The position numbers and the translations under genes were made by a program. From assembly GCF_004010195.1 (NCBI RefSeq), contig NC_057737.1:31428087-31492086 (forward strand): a DNA stretch of 64,000 bases, in the 5' to 3' direction. The notes under the pieces are model-generated. The model was given only the letters and a program-made list of their open reading frames with translations, searched no databases and had not been told where the DNA came from. The DNA comes from Chiloscyllium plagiosum. Its lineage: Eukaryota. This document shows positions 12,758-26,330 of this stretch, piece after piece (position 1 is the stretch's first letter; the number at the start of each line of letters is the position of its first letter).

Positions 12758-13538
12758 TTTTCAATTAAATCTTTGTCTTCTCCAAATACTTCTCACTGAC
12801 TCTACGTTGTTTAACCGAATTGCTAAGAACATAAAGTTTAATTCTAAAATTACTCATCTATTCCTCCAACTACTGAGTTCCCCAGTACCTTGCTTTGGAT
12901 AGTCACTTCCTACTATAGAACAGTACATTTTACCTCCAACTGCACCTCAAGCTTAATACGTTTGAGCTCAAATCAGCCCAGCTAATAACTCTTATATATG
13001 ACTTCTCTTGTGATTCTGTTTCAGAAAGTCCTCTATCATGAAAAGTTTTGTAAAATATAGAATGCCACATTCCCTGCAATTTAAACAAAATTGCAGTTTC
13101 TCATGCAATCTCAATGTCAATGTCCTGCAGTATCTCAGCTGCCTTCCCATTCTACTGGTCTCTCACAGTTTGATTGTTCTTCAATAGTTTAATAGTCTAT
13201 TTACATTTTACCAAAGAAGCACATTCACATGCACATTCATGATCTTGATTTGCCCTTCCTTGACTGAGTGGAAAAACTGAATACATTTCACTAGTATATA
13301 TACTGAACCTCTTGTTCCCAAGGACCTAAAAACATGCTTGATCCCAAAACCGGATGTAAAATCCAAACAGAATTTAGAAAAGGTTCAGTTCTCAGAAACA
13401 CTATCAATGGATACAGCGTCCAAATCATTGATAAGAACTGAGCATTATTATTGCAGGTAACCAAACCATTTCTGGTAAACTTCTTTGCAAAACAAACTTC
13501 CAAGAGAAAAGCATTCATGTGATTTTACACACACTGAC

Positions 13539-13661
13539 CTGCAGAAAGAAAAGGTGCTGCGTGATTTCCTGGACGAGCTCTTCTTCTACTTTTTCAGGGT
13601 AAAACTTGGCCAAGAAGTGAAATGTGATTGGATCCTCCTTGGGAACCTCTTGATCCAATAC
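13539..13661 (-). CDS. NF2: Merlin/NF2-like coding exon 3 ([41 protein letters not shown])
   Basis: acacag| acceptor, |gtcagt donor, 123 nt; aligns with human [41 protein letters not shown]. Confidence 0.96.
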
Positions 13662-13814
13662 CTGTGTACAAAAGTCCGTCAATAAATAAATGCCCGTTAT
13701 TTACTTAAAGCTGGACTCAAAATTCACCTCCAAACCTCCACTCAAAAAAGGCTCCACTACAGATTGTCTCAAGGGCTACTGTATGGTATTCATGGAGCAT
13801 TTTTTCATTCTACA

Positions 13815-14525
13815 TAGAACATAGAAGAATACAGCGCAGTACAGGCCCTTTGGCCCTTGATGTTGCGCCGATCCAAGCCCACCTAACCTACACTAGCCCA
13901 CTATCATCCATATGCCTATCCAATGCCCGCTTAAATGCCCACAAAGAGGGAGAGTCCACCACTGCTACTGGCAGGGCATTCCATGAACTCACGACTCGCT
14001 GAGTAAAGAACCTACCCCTAACATCTGTCCTATACCTACCACCCCTTAATTTAAAGCTATGCCCCCTCATAATAGCTGACTCCATACGTTGGAAAAGGTT
14101 CTCACGGTCAACCCTATCTAAACCCCTAATCATCTTGTACACCTCTATCAAGTCACCCCTAAACCTCCTTTTCTCCAATGAAAACAACCCCAAGTGCCTC
14201 AGCCTTTCCTCATACGATCTTTCTACCATACCAGGCAACATCCTGGTAAACCACCTCTGCACCCGTTCCAGTGCCTCCACATCCTTGCTATAGTATGGTG
14301 ACCAAAACTGCGCACAATACTCCAGGTGCACCAGAATCTTATACAACTGCAACATGACCTCAGGACTCCGAAACTCAATTCCTCTACCAATAAAAGCCAG
14401 TACGCCATATGCCTTCTTCACCGCACTATTTACCTGGGTGGCAACTTTCAAAGATCTGTGTACATGGACACCAAAATCCCTCTGCTCATCCACACGACCA
14501 AGTATCCGACCATTAGCCCAGTACC
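13815..14525 (-). mobile_element. CR1-type LINE 3' fragment (young subfamily)
   Basis: ORF 13888..14493, 201 aa of CR1 ORF2 C-terminus. Confidence 0.92.
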
Positions 14526-14909
14526 CTATTTTTCTCTCTTATTTATTAGGTGATACAGTCATATATTAACAACATCTCTTGTATTTGTGTTGACATATTG
14601 GGTATTGGATTCATACTGAAGCAAAATTAGAAGAATTCATCAATATCTTCAAAAATTATCAGAACTCAATGAAATTTATAGCCATAACACACAAGGAACA
14701 CATTAATTTCAACAATGTCTAACTTGGTACAAAATCACGACCATTGGCTAACAAGAAACAAATTTTATTTCTGATTTACAGCATCCACAGTTCTTTTGGT
14801 TTTTATAAGTTAAGAGGAGTTAAGGAAAATGGCTGAGACACACTTTTACAAACAAAACCATCACCAATTTCCACAGAATGGTATGATCACAACTAATGTA
14901 TTTCCACAT

Positions 14910-15183
14910 TACAGCGCCAGAGACCCAGGTTCAATTCCCGCCTCAGGCGACTGACTGTGTGGAGTTTGCACGTTCTCCCCGCGTCTGCGTGGGTTTCCTT
15001 CGGGTGCTACGGTTTCCTCCCACAGTCCAAAGATGTGCAGGTCAGGTGAACTGGCCATGCTAAATTGCCCGTAGTGTTAGGTATAGGGGTAAATGTAGGG
15101 GTATGAGTGGGTTGCGCTTCGGCGGGTCGGTGTGGACTTGTTGGGCCGAAGGGCCTGTTTCCATACTGTAATGTAATCTAATC
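14910..15183 (+). mobile_element. tRNA-derived SINE (HE1/V-SINE-like)
   Basis: B box GGTTCAATTCC, core and tail as in 12435-12757; CpGs retained. Confidence 0.88.
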
Positions 15184-15794
15184 ACATATGCATAAACCTA
15201 GAACATTTTAGCCTGGTAACTATTATACATTTTACTGCCACTCAAAATTCAATTTAACAATTGAGTATTCATTACAAGAGTACATGCAACATTTTGCCCC
15301 CTATAGTAGAGCCTAAGCCTATGCAGCTTTAAGCCAGGGTTCCTATCTTCATTTGCAAGGAATTAATTACATTAGTAATTTCAAATTTTCCTGGCTCCCA
15401 GTTAGCTACATATTTCTTAGTTGACAGTTTTAAAATTATTATTTCTAATTTGTAGCCTCCCTCTCCTCCACAGACCCCACCGACTCCTACCCCACCCAAA
15501 ATTTAGCAGTTTACACCAATACACCCTTTTAAAGTGTTCCAGCACCCTAAGAACTGCAGCTGTTTAAGAAGACATCTCACCACCACTTTCTCCATGGCAA
15601 TTAGAGATAGGCAAGAAATGCTGGCCCAAACAGTGATACCAAAAATCTGTGAACAACTTTAAAAATTTAAATTGTTGATCGTGAAGTGGTGACGGTAGAA
15701 TATGTACCTGGAGCAGGTTCTTTCCTTGGGTCTGGAACTGATATTGAATTTGGCAGCATTTCCATTTCAAACAAAGAAACCTTTTGTTTTGGAC

Positions 15795-16296
15795 AACCCT
15801 TTCTAAACCCCTAATCATCTTGTACACCTCTATCAAGTCACCCCTAAATCTTCTTTTCTCCAATGAAAACAACCCCAAGTGCATCAGCCTTTCCTCATAC
15901 GATCTTCCTACCATACCAGGCAACATCCTGGTAAACCTCCTCTGCACCCATTCCAGTGCCTCCACATCCTTCCTATAGTATGGCGACCAAAACTGCACAC
16001 AATACTCCAGATGCGGCCGCACCAGAGTCTTTTTCAACTGCAACATGACCTCAGTACTCTGGAACTCAATTCCTCTACCAATAAAAGCCAGTATGCCATA
16101 TGCCTTCTTCACCGCACTATTTACCTGGGTGGCAACTTTCAAAGATCTGTGTACATGGACACCAAGATCCCTCTGCTCATCCACACTACCAAGTATCCGA
16201 CCATTAGCCCAGTACCCCACCTTTTTGTTACTCTTACCAAAGTGAATCACCTCACACTTAGCTACATTGAACTCCATTTGCCACCTTTCTGCCCAG
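15795..16296 (-). mobile_element. CR1-type LINE fragment, same subfamily as 13815-14525
   Basis: ORF 15564..16379 WQMEFNVAKCEVIHFG...LVRPHLEYCVQFWSP; nearly identical to the neighbouring copy. Confidence 0.92.
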
Positions 16297-16649
16297 TTAT
16301 TATTTACGTTAATAACTTGCAATGCTTTTACCAATTGCACGTAACAAAAGTCATTATGGACACCAAAAGGCAGGCACACAGCTTATTGGCATAACGTTAC
16401 AACATAAGTTATTATGCATATTGCAATGAAAAAAAGAGGAATGCATTCAAGTCCAACAAACTTACTGCTTAGACCATATTTATTAACCATCCCTCTGTTA
16501 CATTTTCTGGCATTGTCCAAAGTTGTCAACTATTCTGAGGTTTATAAAATATTAAGCTACTATTTTATTCTCTTCATCAAACATTTTAAGATTGAATGAT
16601 GGCTTTCAGTATATTCTATTTAAATGGTAATTTGGTAGTCAGAACTGGA

Positions 16650-17490
16650 GCATTGCTGAAAAAACACTTTTTCAAATCCTTCTGTCTTGCACTCATCAGA
16701 ATGTCTCACAACAATACAAATTCAAGGGAAACTAATATTTAAATTGCATGAGAAAACAGTGCTCATCAAACAGACAAGTAAGCTCTGTTTGGTAGAGGTG
16801 TTGTCAAGAAGAATGCAAAAGAAAGCTAATGACAGTTAACTGACAGGAGTTATTAAAGTTTAAATTAGGAAGATTAACTCTAATTGGATAGGTCACTGCC
16901 CTAAGAAATGAAACTGTGAATGGCTGGCACCTATTTTGTTGAGGCACAGTGCGTGTATGAGTTTCTGTCTGAAAGATCCCATGTATTAGTAAACGTAGTT
17001 TCCAGTACATACAAGTAAGTCAGAGTGCTTGACCGTTGGACAATCCTAAACTGATTGTCAGTGTAATTCCTCACACTTTCAGGAATACCTAGCTAATGTT
17101 GTCAAACTACAGAATCACATCTAATGTCAGTGACTGCACTATTCGTTTTGCAAGTGTGAGCTGATTAAACACAGTTTGTACTTTGCTTGATGTAACTGAA
17201 GAATCATGCTGTTTGATACAATCCACCAGTTTTTGCGAAGTGCAGCCTACATCACACCTGCTCTGAATTTCATATACCACGTTACTCATTTAGATGACGG
17301 ATAGAATTTCTTTTTGGCTTGATGGTAGCATCCTTATTAGTGGCCAGTATATCTCAGATTACCCTGCAAGATGCTATCTCAAAAGGTTGAGCAACAGGTG
17401 AAACTAGCCATCTCATGCTGTTAATATGCAGTAGCAATACAAGTAATGATCTCTAGTAACAGGAAGCTGCTATCAAGTAAAAAGACATGA
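16650..17490 (-). mobile_element. Degenerate Penelope-like element (GIY-YIG remnant); related remnant near 57990-58470
   Basis: ORF 17107..17289 SNVVYEIQSRCDVGCTSQKLVDCIKQH resembles the PLE GIY-YIG pattern; minus-strand CTGATGAGTGCAAGAC near 16700. Confidence 0.55.
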
Positions 17491-17516
17491 GTGTTGGTTT
17501 TCCTCTTGAATTTGTA

Positions 17517-17664
17517 GGAGAAAGTGAGGTCTGCAGATGCTGGAGATCAGAGCTGAAAATGTGTTGCTGGAAAAGCGCAGCAGGTCAGGCAGCATCCAGG
17601 GTGTTGCTGGAAAAGCGCAGCAGGTCAGGCAGCATCCAGGGATGCTGCCTGACCTGCTGCGCTT
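17517..17664 (-). mobile_element. Short non-coding Penelope-derived fold-back element
   Basis: 14-bp direct repeat CTCTTGAATTTGTA at 17503-17516 and 17665-17678; same family as 27995-28124 and 63691-63902. Confidence 0.8.
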
Positions 17665-17932
17665 CTCTTGAATTTGTATTCTTGCAAAATATCTTAATGG
17701 GAAAAGCTTCAACAGTATCCGATTCATCTGTACAAAAACACTATTCACATTGAACTCAACACATTGTTAAACAAGAAAATAATTTTTTTTCTTAAAATCA
17801 ACATTAAACATTTTTTAAAAATCTAAGAATTTCATTGAAACATCATTCACTAACAACTTGAAACATTTTCAAATTTGATAAATAGCTTTGTGATTTATGT
17901 AAATAATACTTCTTAAAAGCGCTTTTAAATAC

Positions 17933-18058
17933 CCTTTTCTCCATTTTTAGCCATGCGTATGTATCTTTTACAATATATCGCAGGCCGAAGAACCAGGTTT
18001 CACGCAATCCAATTGTTCGACACACCAAGTCAAATAAATCCTTTCCTTTCCATTTCAC
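17933..18058 (-). CDS. NF2: Merlin/NF2-like coding exon 2 ([42 protein letters not shown])
   Basis: tttttag| acceptor, |gtattt donor, 126 nt; aligns with human [42 protein letters not shown]. Confidence 0.97.
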
Positions 18059-18869
18059 CTAAAAAACATAAAACATTTATTTCTTAGTCTGAACAACTAG
18101 TTTTGGATGTCACTGTAATTGATCAGTAGCAGAGAGTACTGACCACTGTGGATCAGGACTTTAACTGGGAAGGTTCCTTATTCAATCCTCGTTGAGAATT
18201 AACATTGTTGATTTCACATCACACAAACATTAAAATGTCTCAAATAGCCTCAGTGTCCCTAAGTGCAAAAGATCATGTGAGAGCAGGAGAAGCTAACCTT
18301 ACCACCCAATAATTGAATAGATGCCCCATTCATTACCAAATCGAGATATTCACTTAAGAGCAAACAACAGTGATTAACAGCAATCAATTTCTCTCCCAGA
18401 AAGAATAATTTTGATAAGTTTGATAAAGATAAGATCAGTTGTCACCACACTGCTTGAAGGCCCTAATCATTAACAAAGCTGTCAGCAGTGTGAAACAATT
18501 TTACAATGTGAATCACATTGTTCCCAGAAATGACCGGGATAATGTAGCTTGGGTGATGGTAATAACTAACAATTTAGTAACTTGTTAAATCTTTGTTAGA
18601 CACACTCATTTACTACTGCAAATGCTTTTTTCAAAAATATGACAGCTCTGGTGAAAGTCAAAACTGGTGACTGCAGTTCAGATCATGATACCGGGCTTCT
18701 GTTGACACAGCTATGCAACAATGCTAGTTCAAACTGATGCATCACAATACTGTAAACAGTCAGGCAGTGGCAACACAGCATTGCTTGAAAGAAAACTCAA
18801 AAATAACTAGGAGGAAAAGAACATAGATTGAGAGAATCATATTAATACTTTATTTTAGAAGGATATTCA

Positions 18870-19285
18870 AGCATTTCAGCTATGAAAAGAGACTACATAG
18901 GCTAGGGTTGCCTTTCTAGGAGCACACAAGGCTGAGGGGAACGCATACTGAAATCTAGAAAATTACGAAGGATATAAATAGATTGGATTGGAAAAAGATT
19001 TCCCCCTTGGTCACTGATATCAACAACCAGATGAATAGATTTAAGGGGCAAGGGGGTTTTTGGAGAATTTAAGAAAAATGTTTTCACCTGGGTATGGTGG
19101 GTATCTGAAACTCTGCCTGAAAGGGTGGTACAGGCAGGAACCATTACCACATTTAAGAAGTATTTAGTTTAACATTGTTGCATAAAAGACAGTGGGTCAA
19201 CTGGTGGGAAATTGGATAAAACTACATTGATGCATGATGACTGGTACAGACACAACAGACTCTAGAATCATTGCCCTGTACTGCA
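18870..19285 (+). mobile_element. Old CR1 3' fragment
   Basis: Degenerate match to the CR1 3' end (aggctagggttg...aggctgagggg...tttttcacc...acatttaagaagtatttag). Confidence 0.6.
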
Positions 19286-19649
19286 ACTGTTTAAACAGAA
19301 CCATTATAGTCCAGAGACTGTCCAAAAAACTGAAAAGATTCAAATGAATTTTATTGTGTGAAGTTGTTCCTTCAGGTCCACCACAGAAAATGTCAAAATG
19401 GAAACTCTGTTCATTCCTACTACTAGGTAAGGAGCACCTGCGGGATCTGTATTTAATTTTATGCTTACATTATATTTCTACATCCATCTTTATAACAGAA
19501 ACTGCCTAAATAAACTTGTCATCCTGTAAGAAGGGCCTGCATTGAAAGGAGGCCTTTTGCCTAGATTCATAATTTCAGCCTGTTCCTTCCCCACCCAAAT
19601 TTTTTTTTCCCTATTGCGATTCTATTTTTTTCATCTTTACACCTATATT

Positions 19650-20260
19650 TGTGATACTTCTGAAGCTGTGCACCAGTCCATAATTTCCAGTTTCCTGGCC
19701 CTGGCTACCTTCTCTTCACCATAGATGTGCAATCCATCTACATCTACACCCAACATTAGGATGATATGAGGCTCTATGTTACTTCCTTGGAAGAAGAATT
19801 GAATAGTCCTTACCCTCATTGCTCTCCTTTGCTTGATTGAATCTGTTCTGACTTGAAACAATTTGTCCTTTAACGTTCTCCAAGACCAAGATGTGATTAT
19901 GTGTACCCACATGTCTGTCAGCCATACCTGTCTTTGTGTGGGGTGTGTGGGATGTTTCTTGTTCCAATCTTACTTGCACACTCCAACAACAGCTCACTCT
20001 CTGGTGCAATGATGAAGTCATTGTTGCTACTTCCTATCTTGCCTCGAATTGGAAGTCAATAATAATTCTCCAGCACTTCCTTCACTCTTGCCCTCATCCT
20101 TTCCCCTCTTTCCCTGATCAGGATCCCCTTGTCCTCATTTCCCACTTCACTAGTCTCTACATTCAGAAGATCATCCTTTGCCATTTCCTTCACCTCCAGC
20201 AGGATGCCTCCCCGATAGCATTACACAGTCCCTACATCATATCCTGATCAACTCACAACA
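19650..20260 (+). mobile_element. Degenerate Penelope-like reverse transcriptase fragment
   Basis: Plus frames read NFQFPGPGYLLFTIDVQSIY, LLCLIESVLT*NNLSFN and VIMCTHMSVSHTCLCVG, resembling PLE RT motifs (FTMDVQSLY, LVLTLNNFSFN, GVAMGTRMGPSYACLFVG). Confidence 0.7.
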
Positions 20261-20435
20261 TCTATTTAGCTCCAGTTCACTTCGACAGGATCTTCATATA
20301 CCTGTACAAAAACTGACGATCAGATTTGCCGGTGTAGCACTTCAAAGAATTTAGACAAACCACCGACATAACAAAACTTGACAGAAATTCAAGTTTCCTT
20401 CTTTCTACAAGACAAAAACAAACTTTCTCTCCTAC

Positions 20436-20525
20436 CTCACAGCTAAATTCCATCTCTGCATCCATGGTGATAACCTTAACTTTGAAAGTTTTGGGTTGTT
20501 TCTTCTTTAAGCCCATGATCGACAT
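20436..20525 (-). CDS. NF2: Merlin/NF2-like first coding exon ([30 protein letters not shown])
   Basis: ATG at 20525 in AAAATGT context, donor GAG|gtagg; aligns with human [30 protein letters not shown]; candidate acceptor near 20564 implies an upstream UTR exon. Confidence 0.93.
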
Positions 20526-20650
20526 TTTGCTTCCAATTCCTTTCAATGTTTTCCAGGACTAAATCTGATAATTGAAAGCACAGCATTAATGTCACAATTA
20601 TAATACATAACTGAACAAATCATACAAACATGTGCCTTTCTTGAACCTTG

Positions 20651-20877
20651 GTTAGAGACAAAAAAAATTGCAGATACTGGAATCCAAGGTAGACAAGCAG
20701 GAGGCTAGAAGAACACAGCAAGCCAAGCAGCATCAGATGTTGAAGAAGTCAACATTTCAGGTGTAACCCTTCTTCAAGACCCCAAAGTAATTCTGAAGAA
20801 AGGTTACACCCAAAATGTTGACTTCTTCAACATCTGATGCTGCTTGGCTTGCTGTGTTCTTCCAGCCTTGTGCTTGT
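20651..20877. mobile_element. Penelope-derived palindromic (fold-back) element
   Basis: About 85-bp inverted arms (agacaagcag...cccttcttca / tgaagaaagg...tgcttgtct); degenerate 15-bp TSD CTTTCTTGAACCTTG / CTTTCTTGGACCCTG. Confidence 0.75.
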
Positions 20878-23589
20878 CTTTCTTGGACCCTGACATTTCT
20901 GACAAGATGATCTTTCTTCCTAATGCACATTTCCATAGTGGTCTCCTTTCACAAGACTTTTCCTAACCAAATGGAGGTATGTGAGTGTCCGCCTTTTTGT
21001 TTCAATTCACATTTCCCCAGTATCTCTCAAACAAATCTTGCAAGATTAAAGGACCTACTGCAGGAAATCTACACCTATAGACTCTCCATTTACTTGATCT
21101 GGAGTATATGTTTTCTTCTCATAGAGAAATGCCCAGTTATTTGGGAGCTGAGGTACTGGTAGGAATTATTGAGACTTGGAGACCAGTAAATGTGAACAGT
21201 GACAACTACATACACAAAATGACCAAAAGGGAGGGCATTGCAAGAGTGAACATGCAGCATGTCAACTATTACTGCTGTATTGTGTTGTCTGTTTCCAATA
21301 AGAGATCTGTAGTAACAATAGGTAACAGTTTTACAGCACACTCTACACTCCATTATAACTAAACTTCCTAGTTTCAAGCTACAACAGACATGCAATTAGA
21401 AAATAAAGTTTCTTTTCAAATTAGGCAGATAGTATTTGATGAAGTGCATTGAGGGAAGTCTTAGTTTGAGCACAGATCCGTTAAGCCAAATGGGTTGTTC
21501 TGCTGCTGTTAATTAAGACACATCACTGGGCTGACTAAGTTTAAGGAGAAGCTCAAGAGTTAGTAATTCACTGAATGACTTAACAAGTAGATTCTTGTTG
21601 CTATTTCTGCAAATTCACTGTTTCTGATAATCTTCTGCTGAAGAGATCGAAAAAACCCTGCAGAAAATTCAGGTAATTTATGTGACAAATGTACATTTAG
21701 AGTTGAAAATTTAGAGTTGATAAGCTCAGTAAACTAGATTGGGAAATAAAGAAAAATAGACCATGCTTAAAAATACTGTGGTGACACTGATCAATCTTAA
21801 AACCAGGGCATTGAGTTTACCTTAGATATGTTAGTCAGACTAATGTGTTCAGAATAAAAAAAATTCAATGATAAGAAAAGAACTTACATTTATAGGACAC
21901 TTACATCATCCTGCATCTGGAAGCAGTTCAAAGCTAATTAGCGCTTTCAGGCATAGTCAAAATTGTAATATAAGATTGCAGTCAATCTACACACTAAATA
22001 TTTTTCCATGTCTCACACTAGAAGTTGTTAAAAGTTTTAACATCACATCCAGAAGACAGTACCTGTAACAGCATATGACTCCTACCAGTATAGCAAAAGC
22101 AGATGCAACAATGAGGAGCTTAGGTTCAGGAGTGGAACTTGAACCTTGAGTCTTTTACTGCCAAGAGGAAATAGATATCATGAAGCAAAGGTTAACATCC
22201 TGCAAGAAGAAATACAAAAATAATAAAACAAACATGTAAGGGGAAGTCTCGATGTAGGAACATAGTAGGCTGTTGCATCAGTGGTTGGTGATTGCTTTTA
22301 ATGTTCATCCGGTGTAGATTGACTACTGACTAATGTATATCTATTCTGCATATTTCAATTCAGATCTTTCTGGAAGTTAGGAATGCTTGTAATAATCCAA
22401 AAGTGATTTTTTTAATCGATGGGTTACTATTTTAAAGCAAAGAATACAAGAAGTGCATCAGAACCACAGAGATTTACAATCCAACTGAGTAGACTGCATG
22501 AGATGGGTCAAAAAGAAAGGATGCATTTTATTGGTTATAATATTAGTTCCACTTAAACAAATTACAAATCACGTCAGCTTTACGAACATTAAAACAAGAA
22601 TCTTATTGCTCGCCTTAAATCTTGAGGCAGTTTTGAAATCTAACATTCCAAGAGTTCAACTTGACCGTTCTTGGATGAACAAAGCAAAAATTAAAAGAAG
22701 ATTCATGACAGACATCTCTTCCACAATCTCCTGAAAAATATGAAGCAACAGCCGTCTGAATCATGCTAAAGGCTTAACATTACTCAATGCCCTGAATCCC
22801 AGAAAGCAACCTAAATGTCAGCTCAGTTCAATGTGCTGTGGATTCAAAACCATTAGTGCAACATAATTGGACATAAGAAAGCAGGATTATCAGAAATGTC
22901 TTTTGGCTGAGGTCCCAAACATTTGTGTAATGAATATAAAATTTAGAGTACAAGAACTTTTCCTGATGCCCAAGACAACATTTATCCCTGAATCACCTTA
23001 AAAAAACTATTTTTCCTTACATTTTCTGTCTGCAGGATAATGCTGAATATGAATTAGCTGCTATATTTGCCCCTATAATGGGTTCTGCACAAAAAAGTTA
23101 TCTGTTAAACATGAAGTTCAATTGGATATCCTGGTGAGTTATACAAGAGCTACAAAAAAGTTCTTAAATCTGTCTTGATGAGTAGCAATGACATGTTTGT
23201 TACCATGTGAGCTATCAATGCAATGTGAATGCTAGAAAAATATTATTTTCCTAACTGGACTAACAAAATTTTTGTACAACAATAATTAGCGTGTGCATCT
23301 CCAGAGTTTCATCAATTAACTCATCAGTAGAAAACATTACATATAAAATGTTTCAATACATACAACTCTGCAAGTTAGGTTTGGCATATAGAAAGGATGT
23401 TTGAGGCATGCAGCAAGGAGGGTCATTGTATACAATTCCAATTTTTTCAGGGTATTGGTACAAACTGTTCAACAGGAATAGGAGTGCAATGCTTGACTGT
23501 GCATGGTGTTGATCTGTTCAAATCAACAGCATGAAATGAAACTAGACGAGCCATATAAATACAATGGCTCCACGGCAGGTCAGAGGCCA

Positions 23590-25810
23590 AGTAAGTTTCT
23601 TGAAAAGATTCTGAGGGAAAAGATATACATGCATTTGGACAGACAGGGTTTGATTAGGAGTAGTCAGCATGGCTTTGTGCGAGGGAGATCATGCCTCACA
23701 AATTTGTTAGAGTTCTTTGATGAAGTGACGAGGAAGGTTAATGAGGGAAGGGCGGTAGACATAGACTACGTGAATTCAGAAAGTCTTTGGATAAGTTCAT
23801 AGAATCCCTACAGTGTGGAAACAGGCCACTCGGCCCAACAAGCCCACATCAACCCTCCCAAGAGTAACCCACCCAGACCCATCTGCCTATCCTATTACCC
23901 TACATTTACCCCTGACTAATACATCTCTACATCCCTGAACAATATGGGAAATTTAGCTTGGCCAATTCACCTAACCTGGACATCTTTGGATTGTGAAAGG
24001 AAACCGGAGCACCTGGAGGAAACCCACGCAGGCACAGGGAGAATGTGCAAGCCCCACATAGACAGTTGTTCGAGGCAGGAATCCAACCCGGGTCCCTGCT
24101 GCAGTGAGGCAGCAGTGCTAACCACTGAGTCACCGTGCCAGGTTCCATATGGTAAGCTGCTCTGGGAAGTTAAATCGCATGGAATCCAGGGGGAGCTGGC
24201 AAATTGGATACACAATTGGCTTGATGGTAGGAAACAGAAGTTAATAGTGGAAGGATGCTTGTCAGACTGGAGGCCTATGAATAGTGGTGTACCTCAGGAG
24301 TCAGTGCTGGGCCCATTGCTGTTTGTTACCTATATCAATGATTTGGATGAGAACGTACAATGCATGATTAGTAAGTTTGCAGATGACACTCAAATACATG
24401 GTATCACGGACAGTGAGGAAGGTTATCAGAAACTGCAGCAGGACCTTGATCTGCTGGGGAAGTGGGTCGAGAAATGGCAAATAGAGTTTAATTTTGTGAA
24501 GTGTGAGGTCTTGCATTTTGGGAAGTCAAATCAAGGTCGGAGTTTCATGGTGAATGGTAGGGCCTCAAGGAGTGTAGTGGAACCCAGGGATCTTGAAGTT
24601 CTGGTGCACGGTTCTCTGAAAGTGGAGTCACAGGCAGACAGAGCAGTGAAGATGACTTTTGGCACAGTGGCCTTCATCAGACAGGACACTGAGTATAGAA
24701 GTTGGGAAGTTATGTTGCAGTTGTACAGAATGGTGGTGTGGCTGCACTTGGAGTACTGTGTTCAGTCTGGTCACCTTGCTATAGGAAGGATATTACTGGA
24801 AAGAGTGCAGAAGGAATTTACAAGAATGTTGCCTGGACTCAGTTGCCAAGAATGTTGCCTGAGTTATAGGAACAGTTGGACAAGCTAAGACTGTTTTCTT
24901 TCGGGCTGGAGGCTGAGCAGGGATCTTATACAATGTATTAGATAATGAGATGCAAGGATAGGGTGAATACACTCAGTCTTTTTCCCAGGGTTGGGGAATC
25001 AAGAACTATTGTGTGCAGTTCTGGTCTCCAAATTTGAGGAAAGACATTCTGGCTATTGAGGGAGTGCAGCGTAGGTTCACAAGGTCAATTCCTGGAATGG
25101 CAGGACTACCTTACGCTGAAAGACTGGAGCGACTGGGCTTGTATACCCTTGAGTTTAGAAGACTGAGAGGGGATCTGATTGAGACATATAAGATTATTAA
25201 AGTATTGGACACTCTGGAGGTAGGAAACATGTTTCTGCTGATGGGTGAGTGCCGAACCAGAGGACACAGCTTAAAAATACGGGGTAGACCATTTAGGACA
25301 GAGATGAGGAGAAACTTCTTCACCCAGAGAGTGGTGGCTGTGTAGAATGCTCTGCCCCAGAGGGCAGTGGAGGCCCAATCTCTGGATTCATTTAACAAAG
25401 AGTTGGATAGAGCTCTCAAGGATAGTGGAATCAAAGGTTATGGAGATAAGGCAGGATACTGATTAAGGATGATCAGCCATGATTATATTGAATGGTGGTG
25501 CACCTCCTCCTGCACCTATTGTCTAGAGGGTATCAGTTTAAGGTTCGAGGGGAAAGAATAAAAGGGAATGTGAAGGGCAACTTTTTTACAAGGATGGTAC
25601 ACATATGGAATGAGCTGCCAGCAGAAGTAATCAAAGCAAGTACATTACCAACATTTAAAAAGGTATTTAGACAAATACACGGATAGGAAAGATTTAGAAG
25701 GATATGGGCCAAGTGCAGGGAAATGGGGTTAGGGTGGATAGACATTTTGGTCGGCATGCCCCACTTTAGGCTGAAGGGATGGGCTCCGTGCCATAGAACT
25801 CTATGACTCT
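23590..25810 (+). mobile_element. CR1 LINE cluster: RT fragment interrupted by an antisense SINE (about 23797-24138) and by a younger CR1 (about 25005-25525)
   Basis: [43 protein letters not shown] in ORFs 23503, 23944 and 25013. Confidence 0.88.
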
Positions 25811-25839
25811 CGGAATATTGCAGTGAGTAGCTCATCTCC

Positions 25840-26330
25840 TAATACCCCAAAACCTGTCCACATGACACAAATCAGGAATGTGATGCAAGATTCAGCACTT
25901 GCCTGGATGAGTGCAGTTTCAACCACACTCAAGAAGCTTAATGCGCACAACATCCACAAACATTCAGCCACTTCATCACCAACGCTCAGGCGCAACACTG
26001 TCTAAAAGATGCATGCAGAAATTCGCCCAAAATCCTTAGACAGCACCTTCCAAACCCATGACCACTTCCATCTGGAAGGGCAGCAGTTTTATCGGAAAAA
26101 CACCACCTGCAAGTTCTCTTTTAATTCACTCACCATCCTGACTTGGAAATATATCATTCTTCGTCATGTTCATGGGGTCAAATTGTGGGATTCCCTTCCT
26201 AACGGCATTATGGGTACACCTACAGGACATGGACAGCAACAATTCAACAAGGCATCTTGTCACAGTCTTCTCAAGGGCAAATAAGGGCAGGCAATAAATG
26301 CTGGCTCTACCAGTGATACCCATGTCCCAC
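25840..26330 (+). mobile_element. LINE 3' fragment (L2/CR1 clade)
   Basis: TQIRNVMQDSALAWMSA motif and ggcaataaatgctggc tail also seen near 7990 and 15610. Confidence 0.55.

Noticed and set aside
19643-19912. Minus ORF containing LMLGVDVDGLHIY, strikingly like merlin exon 8 (LLLGVDALGLHIY), suggesting a misplaced duplicated NF2 exon
   Set aside because: The plus strand reads FPGPGYLLFTIDVQSIY and continues with further Penelope RT motifs, so the match is most simply the chance antisense of the RT; the flanking residues do not match merlin.
23944-24888. 314-aa ORF as a possible intact or domesticated reverse transcriptase
   Set aside because: Chimera of an antisense SINE and a decayed CR1 RT with damaged motifs (PQES for PQGS) and a frameshifted end.
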